A DNA stretch of 64,000 nt, taken from the NCBI GenBank assembly GCA_033762115.1, contig JANRLX010000022.1, positions 22,003 to 86,002 of the forward strand. Reading direction: 5' to 3'. Below are positions 50,418 through 60,872 of the stretch, in pieces (within the stretch, counting starts at the first letter, position 1; every line of letters starts with the position of its first letter). The position numbers were made by a program, and so were the translations under genes. The notes under the pieces are model-generated. The model ran no database searches. It was given only the letters and a program-made list of their open reading frames with translations, and had not been told where the DNA came from. This DNA comes from Verrucomicrobiota bacterium. GTDB lineage: Bacteria > Verrucomicrobiota > Verrucomicrobiia > Limisphaerales > SXQI01.

Positions 50418-50791
50418 GTTGCTGAGGGGTGGAGAATCGCTTTCTTCGGAAAGAGGAAAGTCCGAACACCATAGGGCAGGATGCCGCGTAACCGCTGATT
50501 GTCAGCGGATACACACGGGAGCGTTCGTTGAAAAACTGCGCGACGGAAAGTGCCACAGAAAAATAAACCGCCCTTCGCAAGAGGGGTAAGGGTGAAAAGG
50601 CGGGGTAAGAGCCCACCGCTCCGTGAGTAATCCGGAGGCACGGAAAACCCCATCCGGTGCAAGGCCAAATAGGAAACCGAGGAGCTGCCCGCTCCGCGGC
50701 GAAAGCCAGGTTTCGGGTATGGGCTGCTCAGATAAATGATTCTCTCCGCAGCAATGCGAAGACAGAATTCGGCTTACAACCCCTCGGCAAC
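50418..50791 (+). ncRNA. rnpB: RNase P RNA (type A)
   Basis: GAGGAAAGTCC, GGAAAGTGCCACAGAAA, GGGTAAGAGCCCACC and ACAGAATTCGGCTTA conserved regions; P1 GTTGCTGAGGGGT/ACCCCTCGGCAAC. Confidence 0.95.
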
Positions 50792-50795
50792 AGAT

Positions 50796-51628
50796 TTATT
50801 TGGATGCCATTTGTCGCGGCAGATAAGAGGAGGAACTTGCAGGTTCCGAACTCCCGGTGGGATACACCACCGCTCCTCCCGCCATTTCCATAAGCATCTT
50901 TGCATTGTCTGGAGCACGCGTGTTCACATCGTTATTAAAATAGGCCAGGACCGTTTGGCTTGTTCACTTGCAAACTCCGCCCATGGCTTCAACTCCTCCG
51001 CAGTGTAATCATGAGCCATCCCACCTTCCAAACCATGAAAACGCAAATAAACATGATGGCTCGTCACCGTGAAATTTGCGGGCATGTTCAAGGTGCTCAA
51101 GGACACATGGGCGATCCGATACTTGTGGAGGAGATCGAAAACAGGATCATCCAGCCAGGATCGATCTCGAAACTCCATGGAATGGTTGTAGGATCCTGGC
51201 AGGCGTGGAAGGAAATCTTCAAGCCTTGCGATATCTTTTTTTAAAATTCCGGGAAGCTGCCACAGGATCATCTCAATCTTATGCCTCATCGGTTCGAGAC
51301 GATCAAAAAAGCGATCCAATCCTGGTCCAAGGTTAACCAGCTTCTTCATATGAGTGATGAATCGGCTGCCCTTGATCGTGTAAACAAATTCCTCTCCTAC
51401 CCGATCACGCCAGCCGTTGACCATTTTTTCTGAAGGCAGGCGATAAAAGGTGCTGTTGATCTCCACAGTGGAAAAATGGTTCGCGTAATACTCCAACTGG
51501 AGCCGTTTGGGCGTTTCCCTGGGGTAAAAAGTCTTTTCCCAGCCTTTATAAGAATAACCGCTCGTTCCGATATAAATTTGGCCCTGTTGAGTCCTCTCAA
51601 GCTGCTTCCTGTCAATGCGCCGCTCCAT
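50796..51628 (-). pseudogene. DUF72 domain gene with a frameshift near its 3' end
   Basis: IGTSGYSY, TVEINSTFY, LWQLP, EFR and YLRFHG in one frame; the family's terminal YFNND...AP.NA motif is in another frame from about 50955. Confidence 0.75.
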
Positions 51629-51683
51629 CCAGTAATATACTGGAGGTTTACACACTGCGAAGGGGCGATTCGAATTTTAAAAT

Positions 51684-53012
51684 TTACTCGTGACGGAGGG
51701 CTTCAACTGGATCCATCTGGGCAGCGCGCATGGCAGGATAAAGCCCGAACACAACACCCACCAATGCGGAGATGGTAAACGCAATCACAGGCGACCAAAA
51801 AGTAACGATTGTTTTCATCTGGGAGGCATAGGTCACGATGTACGGGATGGCCACCCCCACCGCCACCCCAAGGATCCCCCCTGCCGCGGCCAGGATGACG
51901 GTCTCAACCAGGAATTGAATCACAATATCCCGGCGCTTGGCTCCAAGGGCGCGACGAATCCCAATTTCTCGCGTCCGCTCGGTCACACTCGCCAGCATGA
52001 TGTTCATGATTCCGATGCCGCCTACCAGCAGCGAAATGGCCGCAATTGAACCAAGAACAATGGTGAAGATTTTTTTCGTTTGCTCCGCGCGTTTCAGGAG
52101 CTCCAGTGGCACCACGACATCGTAATCCTTCTTTTTATGGTTTCGTTCAAGCACCTGCTTGATGGAGTCCGCCACATGCATGACATCATCTCGACTTTCG
52201 ACTTTTACAGTGACCTCATGCAATTGGACCCGTTCGGATTCGAAACTGCCACTCCGCCGCTTCATCAGGATTTCGCCGAAACGGACCCGCGCGGTGGCCA
52301 GAGGAATAAACAAGCGGTTCAGCGTGGCAGCCTTGGAATCACCTGAATCTCCCAATTCTGCATGTCGCGCCCTTGGTTCCATGATGCCGATGACCTTGTA
52401 ATAATCGCTGCCCACCCGGACGTGGTTCCCCAGTGGTTCCTCCAATGGGAAAAGTTTATCCACCATTTCAGCCGCAAGAACGCAAACATTTTCCCGCTGC
52501 TCATTTTCATGTGAAGTGAAGAAGCGGCCCTTTGCAACCTTATGATTCCGCATCTCCGGATACCAGGGCACCGTACCCATGATTTCGCTGTCCACCCGAT
52601 AACGGACATTCCACACGTATTCGCGCATGATCCGGCCCGGCACAACCACGGTCACCCCCGGAATCGTAGCCTGGATACGACTGACATCCGCAAACGTGAT
52701 TCCATAATCCAGAACGAAACTTTGGTTGTTGTTGTTCGAAACTTTTTGTTCCTCGGGCGGTTTCACGCTGCGAACAATGATGTTTTGGCTGCCAAGGCTT
52801 TTGATCTGTTCCTGCGCCTCATAGCTCGCCCCCTCTCCAATCGCGAGCATGGCAATGACCGAACACACCCCGAAAACAATCCCGAGCACAGTCAAAAGTG
52901 ACCGGAGGCGATGCAGCCACAGGCTCTTGATCCCCAGGCGTAGCATGCGCTTGAGACGCGCAATGGTGATCCCCTCCCGCAGGGTATGAAGGTTAATGGC
53001 GTCTTCTGACAT
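51684..53012 (-). CDS. MacB-like ABC transporter permease
   Basis: LRSLLTVLGIV.GV, VGGIGIMNIMLASVTERTREIGIRRALGA and DPVEALRHE. Confidence 0.92.
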   Translation of the reverse strand: MSEDAINLHTLREGITIARLKRMLRLGIKSLWLHRLRSLLTVLGIVFGVCSVIAMLAIGEGASYEAQEQIKSLGSQNIIVRSVKPPEEQKVSNNNNQSFVLDYGITFADVSRIQATIPGVTVVVPGRIMREYVWNVRYRVDSEIMGTVPWYPEMRNHKVAKGRFFTSHENEQRENVCVLAAEMVDKLFPLEEPLGNHVRVGSDYYKVIGIMEPRARHAELGDSGDSKAATLNRLFIPLATARVRFGEILMKRRSGSFESERVQLHEVTVKVESRDDVMHVADSIKQVLERNHKKKDYDVVVPLELLKRAEQTKKIFTIVLGSIAAISLLVGGIGIMNIMLASVTERTREIGIRRALGAKRRDIVIQFLVETVILAAAGGILGVAVGVAIPYIVTYASQMKTIVTFWSPVIAFTISALVGVVFGLYPAMRAAQMDPVEALRHE

Positions 53013-53727
53013 CGGATTCAAGAATGCCATCCCGCAACCGGATATTGCGCTTGGCACGCTGGGCCACTTCGTCTGAATGCGTGACCATGATCAAGGTTTT
53101 TCCCTGTTGATTGAGTTCATCGAACAAGCCGAGAATTTCCGCGCCGGAAACACTGTCCAGATTGCCGGTGGCTTCGTCAGCAAGGATCACCAATGGATCA
53201 TTGACCAGCGCCCGGGCAATCGCCACCCGTTGTTGCTGCCCGCCGGAAAGTTCAAACGGCTTATGGTCCAGGCGTTTTTCCAAACCCACCCGCGTCGCCA
53301 GCCGAACAGCCACTTCATGGCTCTTTTCTTCAGGCCAGCCCTGGTAATAAAGAGGGATCTCGATGTTTTCAACCACCGTTAACTGTTGGATGAGATTGTA
53401 CGATTGAAAAACGAAGCCGAGCCGCGCTCCCCTAACATTCGAAAGCGCGTCGTCATCCATTGTGGAAACATCATCTTCACCCAGAAAATAATGTCCGGAA
53501 GTGGGACGATCCAGGCAGCCAAGCAGGTTCAGCATGGTTGATTTTCCGCAACCTGAGGGACCCATGATGCTGATGTAGTCCCCTTCGCGAATTTCCAATG
53601 TCACCCCCCGGAGCGCTTCCACAATGACCGCTCCCATCTGGTAGGTTTTACGAACATCATTCAACCGGACAATCGGTCTTCTCTGCGTTGTCGAAGCAGG
53701 AGATGCAGTTGAATCAGCAATGGTCAC
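52993..53727 (-). CDS. ABC transporter ATP-binding protein (LolD/MacB-type)
   Basis: [24 protein letters not shown] and ADEATGNLD. Confidence 0.93.
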   Translation of the reverse strand: MTIADSTASPASTTQRRPIVRLNDVRKTYQMGAVIVEALRGVTLEIREGDYISIMGPSGCGKSTMLNLLGCLDRPTSGHYFLGEDDVSTMDDDALSNVRGARLGFVFQSYNLIQQLTVVENIEIPLYYQGWPEEKSHEVAVRLATRVGLEKRLDHKPFELSGGQQQRVAIARALVNDPLVILADEATGNLDSVSGAEILGLFDELNQQGKTLIMVTHSDEVAQRAKRNIRLRDGILESDVRRRH

Positions 53728-53730
53728 AGT

Positions 53731-55536
53731 TCAAGCAGATGTCGGCGCTGGAGTTGCTGCAGGAGCATTCTCCCTGGTTGATTCCTCTTTTTCCGGGCTC
53801 GCTGCTCCCGCGTCTGAAACCGGCGCACGCAGCAGCACTTTGTCCCCTTCTTTCAGCCCGCTCTTGATTTCAATGAACTCATCATTGAACTCTCCAATTT
53901 CAATGACCCGCCTTTCAGTCCGGGTGCCATCCACAAGATAGGCCACCTTGCTGTTCGATTCAGTATGAACAGCCTGCAGGGGAACCTGCACCACATCCGC
54001 AAGCTCGTTGATCAGCACTTCCACTTTTGCGCTCATCCCCGGTTTGACCCAATCGCGCACGCCATCAATTTTAATGCTGGTCACATAAACTTTCAGGTCA
54101 GGATTCATCCAGCGATTTTGCGAGTCCGGCAGAACCCCCACCTTGATCACTTCCCCTGTCAACACCTCGTCTGGAAAAGCATCCACACGAATGCGCGCCT
54201 TCATTCCTTTCTTCACTTTTTTAATGTGTGATTCATGGATTTTGACTTTGATCGACATTTGGGTCATGTCCGGAATCGTGATGATCGGCTGACGTTCCCG
54301 CACCGTTGCCCCTTCGCGAATCTGCTCCTGCCCGCCGTAATAAAAATTTTCATTCCCTCCCCCATACACAACCAGCCCTGTTTTTTTTGCGCGGATGACG
54401 CATTTTGCGAGTTGCTCCTGTAATTCATCACGCTGCTCCTTTTCAATTCGGTGACGGCCTTCAGCTGATTTTAATTTGGCTTCAGCCTGCGCCAGTTTTG
54501 AAATCGCTTCCTTGCGAGTGCGGTCAAGCAGCCGGGCTGCTTCTTCATACTTTGACAGAAACTCTTCAGCAGCCTTTGGAAATTCATACTTGATAAACAG
54601 GTCACGCGCAGTGGCGGCGGTTTGCACCTTAAGGTCATTTTTCTTCACTGCGATTTCCTCGTTCGCAAGTGTGTTCTTGGTCACAAACCCCTTTTCAGAG
54701 AGCCGCCTGGTGCCTTCGAACTGGGTTTGGGAAAGCCCATGCTCGGATTTGGCTACCAGCAGGTCATCCTCAAATTTTCGAAGTTTCTGCATCGCTTCAC
54801 CATCACCGAGCAGTTCCACCTTTGCGTACTTTGAAAAATCAATCGGGGCTTTGGTTGCGGTTGCTGGTTGATTTGTCGAGCTTGTGACTGTGCTGGGTTG
54901 CGGAACATCAGTCGTCACGTTGTTTGGCGTCACTGCTGCAATCGCCTTGCTCCCGGTCGGGAGTAATGCTGAAGGGATGGCATCGTTGGTATCTCCCGCC
55001 GGGTACATCAATGTCATCTGACTGATCACATCCTCAGTCGCTTCCGTTCCGAGAAATTTCTCAAGGTCCATGCGGGCAAAGCGGACCTTTTGCTCTGCTG
55101 ATTTGATATCACTTTTGTTTTGGTTATACTGAATGTCATAACTTTGCTTCGCTTCGGTCAACGAAGCGATGGTGGATTGAAATTGAATATCCTGGGTGGT
55201 GATTTTCTGTTTAAGTTCTGAAGAATCCAGTTCCACCAGCACCTTCTCGTTTTTTACATCCTCTTCCGTGACCAGGTAACCTTCCTCGACAATGCTGAGA
55301 ATCTTAGTGCCCTGATATCCTTTGTACTCTGAGCGAATCTCCTGTGATTCCAAGGCTTCCACACTGCCCCCCTCCACCACGTTGATCGGGAGATTGCCTC
55401 GTTTAACAACGAAAGTGGTCCCGAGTTTCTGCGCAACCGGCGGTTTTAACCAAAGATACGCGCCAATCGCAAGTGCAGTGACAATCACGATTGCAGCCAG
55501 CTTCCGTTGACCACCAGGTTTAGAGTTTTTCTGCAT
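53731..55536 (-). CDS. Efflux periplasmic adaptor (HlyD/MacA-like) with a long coiled coil
   Basis: N-terminal TM, coiled-coil hairpin, IHESHIKKVKKG, KPGMSAKVEV and GLKEGDKV. Confidence 0.88.
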   Translation of the reverse strand: MQKNSKPGGQRKLAAIVIVTALAIGAYLWLKPPVAQKLGTTFVVKRGNLPINVVEGGSVEALESQEIRSEYKGYQGTKILSIVEEGYLVTEEDVKNEKVLVELDSSELKQKITTQDIQFQSTIASLTEAKQSYDIQYNQNKSDIKSAEQKVRFARMDLEKFLGTEATEDVISQMTLMYPAGDTNDAIPSALLPTGSKAIAAVTPNNVTTDVPQPSTVTSSTNQPATATKAPIDFSKYAKVELLGDGEAMQKLRKFEDDLLVAKSEHGLSQTQFEGTRRLSEKGFVTKNTLANEEIAVKKNDLKVQTAATARDLFIKYEFPKAAEEFLSKYEEAARLLDRTRKEAISKLAQAEAKLKSAEGRHRIEKEQRDELQEQLAKCVIRAKKTGLVVYGGGNENFYYGGQEQIREGATVRERQPIITIPDMTQMSIKVKIHESHIKKVKKGMKARIRVDAFPDEVLTGEVIKVGVLPDSQNRWMNPDLKVYVTSIKIDGVRDWVKPGMSAKVEVLINELADVVQVPLQAVHTESNSKVAYLVDGTRTERRVIEIGEFNDEFIEIKSGLKEGDKVLLRAPVSDAGAASPEKEESTRENAPAATPAPTSA

Positions 55537-57262
55537 ATTCCACCTCCTGCCAGTTTCCGTTATCTTTGATGTAAAGAATGCCAAGGTCTCTCCAGAATTG
55601 CAGCCGCGCGATGGTATGTTGAACCAGTGCGCTGGTGCGTTGGTTCCGGGCATTGATCAAGTCAGTGCGGGCATCCACCAGGTCACGCGCAGTGCCCCGC
55701 CCCAGTTCTGTCAACAACTCCTGCTCCTGGACCCGTCGCTCGCTCAAGTCCACTCCCACTTCACTGATTTCATACTGACGTTTGGCTTGGTCAAGGTTTC
55801 GCCAGCCCTGCTGAATTTCCAGTTTGATCTGGTCCACCGCCAGCTGAAGCTGCCGCCCGGAGCGTTCATACGCAATCAGCGTGGCGCGATAATTATTTCG
55901 CTCCGCCTTCCGGTCGAGTGGCAAATCCCCGTCAATCCCAGCGCTCCACCGTGCTCGATCAAAATCAAGATCAAGCGGACGATTTCCCGGCTTGCTGTCA
56001 ACGCTCGCCTGCAAAATCAGGTCAAGATCCGGCAACAGTTGGTTGCGAGCCACTCCGATCCGGCGTCCCGCATCCTCGAACTGGTCCTGCGCGGTCTGTA
56101 AATCGAGGCGATTGGCAATCGCCACCTTGACTGCCTGATCCGCAGCGAGAGTGGGGTGTTTGATGCTGAGCGCTTCCAACTCACGATCATCGAGCACAAT
56201 TTTTTCGTCCACTGGGATGCCTATCAAAATTTTGAACTGGTCGATGCTTGCCTGGTAATTGCGAACTGCATTGACCCATTGTGCTTCCGTGCTGAGCTGG
56301 GCCTGTTGCAATTGCCCGAGGGCCGCCTGCGTCCGTTGTCCTTCGTCGGCAAAGGCCTTTTCCCGCTCTACATTTTGGCGGAAATTTTGCAGGCCAAGCC
56401 ACGCGTTACGCACCCGGTCCTTGTTTTCAAGCGCCTGGTAGTAAGCCCCTGCCACCTGGACAGCAAACTCCTTGCGAAACTGGGTAAACTGCCGCAATTC
56501 ATACAGCAAGTCCCGTTCGGCCTGGGTGAGGTTTTCAAGATTTACTTTGTAACCGGCCCCGCGCAGGAGAGGCTGGGAAATGGTGGCCCCCAGCCTGGAA
56601 GAGGTGAACACATCCGAATCACCCACCACAAAACGTAAAAAATCAGTGGTGAAATCAACGCCAATCCGCGCTCCGGTGCGAAGCAGCACATCCACTCCAA
56701 TATCCGAACGGGCGCTTATGCTATGCTCCTGCACCGTATCAGTTCCCTGTTGCAGAAGTGAACTTTGCGTCCCGGTCAGCTGGTCAATTTCCCTGGCCAC
56801 ATCACGTGTGCGGCTCTGGTAAGCCGCATTTCCGTTCGCATGAAAAATCGGGGTAAAACGGTGCCGCGCCAGCGTCAGGGCCAAGGCTTGCAAATAAACT
56901 GTCTCCTTGGAATTTTGATAGGTTCGACTGTGGCGAACAGCCAGCCCAAGGGCCTGCTCGAGGGTCAAAATTCGTGAACCTGTTTCAAGAGCGGAGTCCG
57001 GGCCAAAGAACTCGTTGGTTTCCATGTAAACGGGAAATCCAGCCAGGGCCTGTTCCTTCGTCGCTTCAATTGTGAAATTGGTGTCCATGTTCGGCACCAT
57101 GGGAGTTTTCTCAGCAATGACCTTTGCTGCCTCCTTGTCGGCCGACTTGCGGTAATGGGTTGCGCTGCATCCGCACAACAACAGAACGAACAAAAGAATT
57201 CCCGCACAACTGCGGAACTCCCGGCGAGAGGCAACGCCTCTGGATTGATGCTTTTGTGACAT
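55520..57262 (-). CDS. TolC-family outer membrane efflux lipoprotein
   Basis: LLCGC lipobox, SQPLLRGAG, ARNQLLPDL and PLDRKAERN; first gene of the exporter operon. Confidence 0.85.
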   Translation of the reverse strand: MSQKHQSRGVASRREFRSCAGILLFVLLLCGCSATHYRKSADKEAAKVIAEKTPMVPNMDTNFTIEATKEQALAGFPVYMETNEFFGPDSALETGSRILTLEQALGLAVRHSRTYQNSKETVYLQALALTLARHRFTPIFHANGNAAYQSRTRDVAREIDQLTGTQSSLLQQGTDTVQEHSISARSDIGVDVLLRTGARIGVDFTTDFLRFVVGDSDVFTSSRLGATISQPLLRGAGYKVNLENLTQAERDLLYELRQFTQFRKEFAVQVAGAYYQALENKDRVRNAWLGLQNFRQNVEREKAFADEGQRTQAALGQLQQAQLSTEAQWVNAVRNYQASIDQFKILIGIPVDEKIVLDDRELEALSIKHPTLAADQAVKVAIANRLDLQTAQDQFEDAGRRIGVARNQLLPDLDLILQASVDSKPGNRPLDLDFDRARWSAGIDGDLPLDRKAERNNYRATLIAYERSGRQLQLAVDQIKLEIQQGWRNLDQAKRQYEISEVGVDLSERRVQEQELLTELGRGTARDLVDARTDLINARNQRTSALVQHTIARLQFWRDLGILYIKDNGNWQEVEYAEKL

Positions 57263-57368
57263 CTTTCTTATTGCGAGACACCTTGTTGGGCACCAAACAG
57301 TAACGCGCGTATGGGACAACAACGTGGCGACTCTGGATTTAGACCGATTTCCTTAAAATTTGTCACAT

Positions 57369-57410
57369 AAAAAATAAGAAAGGCCGGGCGGATTTTCATC
57401 CGCACCGGCC
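57369..57410 (-). terminator. Intrinsic terminator upstream of the efflux operon
   Basis: Minus strand GGCCGGTGCGGAT-gaaa-ATCCGCCCGGCC followed by TTTCTTATTTTTT. Confidence 0.7.
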
Positions 57411-57568
57411 CTGATCGCTAAGGCAATATTGTGAAGACATGCGAGCGTTGCACCCGCGATCATTAGACTGCTCCCTCTCATCAAAATCTTCTATCGGGGA
57501 AAAGATGATTTGATTTTCGGGCTTTTGCTCAAAAAGAGATTTTAATTTACGTAAAGCCCCGGATTGAT

Positions 57569-58798
57569 TCAGTCCTGTTTTGCCCGCAAAAACAGAAAAG
57601 TGCCCCGCTTGTTTCCCACCACTACATCCGGACGTTTGTCGCCATTCACATCTGCGGCCAGCACCTGGGTTCCAATACCGGAATTGTTGTCGATCTGGTG
57701 TGGGACAAAATCCACCTTCTCCGGCCCACCTCGTTTCGTTTGGAACCAGTAAAGAACAGGCTCCGCATTCGGTTCAGCATCCCCGGTTGGGCCGTGCGCC
57801 CAATACCGCTTGCCCGTAATAATGTCCTTGATTCCATCCCCATCCATATCCACCAGGTCAATGGCGTGCAGTTGTGAAAACTTCACGCCATACTTGTTCT
57901 CCTGCGGTTCCTTGTTCATGAAAATGTGCTCCTTGAACCTGATCGTATCTCCTTCCTTCACCTGTTCGTACCAGGCCAGCCCAAAGCCATGTGCCGCCAG
58001 GCTGGTCAGAATATCATTGTCGCCATCCCCATCAAAATCGTAGGCATACATTTGCGCCCCGCCGATGCCGAACTGATGGTTATGCTTTTTCCACTCCGGA
58101 TTGCCATCGAGTGATGCAGGCTGCTCCCACCAGCCACCCACTTCAAGAAGGTCCATCTTTCCATCCCCATTCACATCCCCCACCCCAAGGCCGTGCGTGA
58201 ATCGTTGCCACGGACCTTTCGGGCTGATCCGTTTGAAAGTCCAGAGTTTACGCGGGTCGGACCAATCCGGCTCAGCATAACCGAAATAACCTTCTGAATT
58301 ACAGATGACCTCTGGTTTGCCGTCGCCGGTGATGTCCGTAAAGGTGGGAGACTCGTTATCCGTTATTTTAAGGAACACATGTTTCTCCCAATGTCCCGGT
58401 TTCCCTTGCGGATTGGCGTACCAGGAGGATTCCTCCCCCGGAAAGCCAAGAATGAGAATATCGGTCCAGCCGTCCTGGTTGATATCGTAGGTATAGGCCA
58501 GGAAATTTTTTGAATACCCGTGCGGATCGTAACCGGCTTTCTCCTGCCCTTCCTTGGTTTTATACGTGGTGACCGGCAACGGCATGTACTCATGCCGGCT
58601 CGTGAACGCCGGTCCTTCATACCAGAATGGGCCTGAAACAATGTCGTTTTTCCCATCCTTGTTAAAATCCCCGATATGCGCCCCTTCCGACCAGAACTCA
58701 TCCGTCAATTGCTTCCGTTCAAATTTGCTGGGAGAAGAGTCACCCGCGAAGGAAAGCAACGGCGAAAGAAAAAGCAGAGAGAGCAAACAAGGTTTCAT
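57569..58798 (-). CDS. FG-GAP/VCBS repeat secreted protein
   Basis: Repeated DFNKDGKND, DINQDGWTD, DVNGDGKMD and DMDGDGIKD motifs; signal peptide. Confidence 0.88.
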   Translation of the reverse strand: MKPCLLSLLFLSPLLSFAGDSSPSKFERKQLTDEFWSEGAHIGDFNKDGKNDIVSGPFWYEGPAFTSRHEYMPLPVTTYKTKEGQEKAGYDPHGYSKNFLAYTYDINQDGWTDILILGFPGEESSWYANPQGKPGHWEKHVFLKITDNESPTFTDITGDGKPEVICNSEGYFGYAEPDWSDPRKLWTFKRISPKGPWQRFTHGLGVGDVNGDGKMDLLEVGGWWEQPASLDGNPEWKKHNHQFGIGGAQMYAYDFDGDGDNDILTSLAAHGFGLAWYEQVKEGDTIRFKEHIFMNKEPQENKYGVKFSQLHAIDLVDMDGDGIKDIITGKRYWAHGPTGDAEPNAEPVLYWFQTKRGGPEKVDFVPHQIDNNSGIGTQVLAADVNGDKRPDVVVGNKRGTFLFLRAKQD

Positions 58799-58846
58799 CC
58801 CGTTACGGTAGAAGACCGCACGAAAAAGTAAAAACCAAACGTTTGA

Positions 58847-60280
58847 TTACCTGACCACCGGCGTCGCTTGCAACAGGTCCGAATGGACAATTTTTCCAGC
58901 AACAATGGTCAGCATCGCTTTGCCCCGAAGCTGCCAGCCATAAAATGGATTATTAAATGATTTGCTGGCGGTCATCTCACGGGTGAAGACCCATTCACGT
59001 TCCGGATCAAATACTGTCACGTCCGCATCAGCCCCAGGGGAAAGGTCTCCCTTGTCCAGCCGCAGCAATGTGGCTGGCCCAATTGTAAATTTCGCAATCA
59101 CCTGGCTCAGGGACATCCGTCCCGTGTGGTAAAGCTGCATCAGACTGAGCGCGAGTTGATTTTCCAACCCGGTAATGCCGAACGGCGCATAATCAAACTC
59201 CACCTCCTTCTGAAAATCGCAATGCGGCGCATGGTCGCTCCCGATGATCTCCAGCGTGCCATCCACCAGTCCCTCGATGATCGCTTCCCGATCCGCATGC
59301 GAGCGAAGGGGGGGATTCATTTTTGTATTCGTATCGTAGATCGGCCAGGCAGGCGGCGTTTTTCCTTTGAAAAATTTTTCCGAAATGGCGACCCCATCCA
59401 TCTTCCAAAAACTTTCACCTCCCGAAACTGCCGCATCCGTCAGCGTGAAATGATGCGGGCAGGCTTCCCCGGAAATCGGCACCCCGCGGCTTTTTGCCTC
59501 GCGCAATAACCGGACGCTTCCTGCCGAGCTCAAATGCTGGCAATGCACATGTCCACCCGTCAGTTCCGCGAGTAAAATATTTCGTGCAACAATCGCCTCC
59601 TCACCCGCCGCAGGCCAGCCGCGGAGCCCAAGCAACGTGCTCCAATATCCCTCATGCATCACCCCGTCAGTCACGAGATTGTAATCCTGGCAATGATCGA
59701 GCACCGGCAGATCGAACATCTTCGCGTATTCCAGCGCGCGTCGCATCAGCTCATTGTTCTGCACACAATGCCCGTCATCCGTGATCGCCACGACCCCGGC
59801 ATTTTTTAAGGAACCAATCGGGGCCAGCTCTTCACCCGCAATCCCTTTGGTAATTGCACCGGAAACGAAAACATGCACATGCCCTTCCCGTTCCGCCTTT
59901 TCCTGGATCAACACCACCGTGCCGGGATTATCAATTGCCGGCGAAGTGTTCGGCATGCAAACCAGCGAGGTGAACCCTCCCCGCGCCGCCGCAAGAGTTC
60001 CGGTGGCTATGGTTTCCTTGGCGGATTGCCCGGGTTCCCGCAAATGTACATGACTGTCGATCAACCCGGGAGCCACCACCAACCCGCTGACATCAATGAT
60101 TTGAGTCCCTTCAGGGGCGGAGGAGGCAGCCTTTTCACCGACCTGTGCGACCTTCCCTTTGACCAGCAGAAGATCCTGGATCGAATCCAGCCCGTTGGCT
60201 GGATCAATTACCCTGCCATTCTGCAGCAACAGTGGGACAAGGGAGGAACCTGCTTCCAACGCGTTGACATTCCGAGCCAT
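58847..60280 (-). CDS. pyrC: Dihydroorotase (type I)
   Basis: DSHVHLREPG, MPNT.P, KMNPPLR, SDHAPH and PFGITGLE. Confidence 0.93.
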   Translation of the reverse strand: MARNVNALEAGSSLVPLLLQNGRVIDPANGLDSIQDLLLVKGKVAQVGEKAASSAPEGTQIIDVSGLVVAPGLIDSHVHLREPGQSAKETIATGTLAAARGGFTSLVCMPNTSPAIDNPGTVVLIQEKAEREGHVHVFVSGAITKGIAGEELAPIGSLKNAGVVAITDDGHCVQNNELMRRALEYAKMFDLPVLDHCQDYNLVTDGVMHEGYWSTLLGLRGWPAAGEEAIVARNILLAELTGGHVHCQHLSSAGSVRLLREAKSRGVPISGEACPHHFTLTDAAVSGGESFWKMDGVAISEKFFKGKTPPAWPIYDTNTKMNPPLRSHADREAIIEGLVDGTLEIIGSDHAPHCDFQKEVEFDYAPFGITGLENQLALSLMQLYHTGRMSLSQVIAKFTIGPATLLRLDKGDLSPGADADVTVFDPEREWVFTREMTASKSFNNPFYGWQLRGKAMLTIVAGKIVHSDLLQATPVVR

Positions 60281-60306
60281 GTGACAATCGAGAATACAAA
60301 GGGCAT

Positions 60307-60334
60307 TTGACAACGCAAGATCGCTCGCTACACT
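60307..60334 (+). promoter_or_regulatory. Putative tRNA-Gly promoter
   Basis: TTGACA-N16-TACACT. Confidence 0.6.
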
Positions 60335-60350
60335 TTGTCTCGGTTTTCGC

Positions 60351-60424
60351 GCGGGTGTAGCTCAATGGTAGAGTTCCAGTCTTCCAAACTGGCCACGCGG
60401 GTTCGATTCCCGTCACCCGCTCCA
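60351..60424 (+). tRNA. tRNA-Gly (anticodon TCC)
   Basis: Acceptor GCGGGTG/CACCCGC-T-CCA, anticodon arm CCAGT-CTTCCAA-ACTGG, T-loop TTCGATT. Confidence 0.95.
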
Positions 60425-60552
60425 CCTTTATATGGCTTTCGAGAATGTTTTGATTTTTAGGGACATTCTGAGGCCATCAAACCGAAGGCTCGCTCCGTTT
60501 CCAAATTTCCCTTGGAAATCAAACGGGGTAACATAACCGACCGGTACAGTAA

Positions 60553-60872
60553 CGAGTGAAGCGCCCGTCCGAAGTGAGGTTTCCATCATCGTCGTAGTTG
60601 TAGGATTCTGGGGTGCCTGGGATGAAGAGGTTGCCGAGTTCAGAATCAAGTCCTGCCAACACCGTGAGCGGCAGCCAGACCGCACTGCTGTTGGTCGTGC
60701 CGATCTCTTTCCTGAAATAGGTGCCCTTGCGATAGACATTCCCATCGCCATTGACCGTCACATTCGTTCCCACCGCTGTCGCTCCCAGCACATTCACATA
60801 TCCTGAGACAGTCCTGCTGCTGTATTGGTTCAGATTGTTGGGGGAGTAAGTGTCTGAACGAAGGTTGAATTC
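60553..60872 (-). pseudogene. Internal RHS-repeat gene fragment
   Basis: In frame directly after the immunity stop: EFNLRSDTYSPNNLNQYSSRTV...ESYNYDDDGNLTSDGRFT. RHS similarity then ends abruptly; no plausible start. Confidence 0.75.

Noticed and set aside
50314..50893. Several short ORFs on both strands
   Set aside because: They overlap the RNase P RNA gene.
60204..60425. 73-aa minus-strand ORF MERVTGIEPAWPVWKTG...
   Set aside because: It is the antisense reading of tRNA-Gly, a well-known spurious ORF type.
60525..60552. TTATGTTA (minus strand) resembling a XerD arm
   Set aside because: No matching second arm, and it is far from the apparent skew switch.
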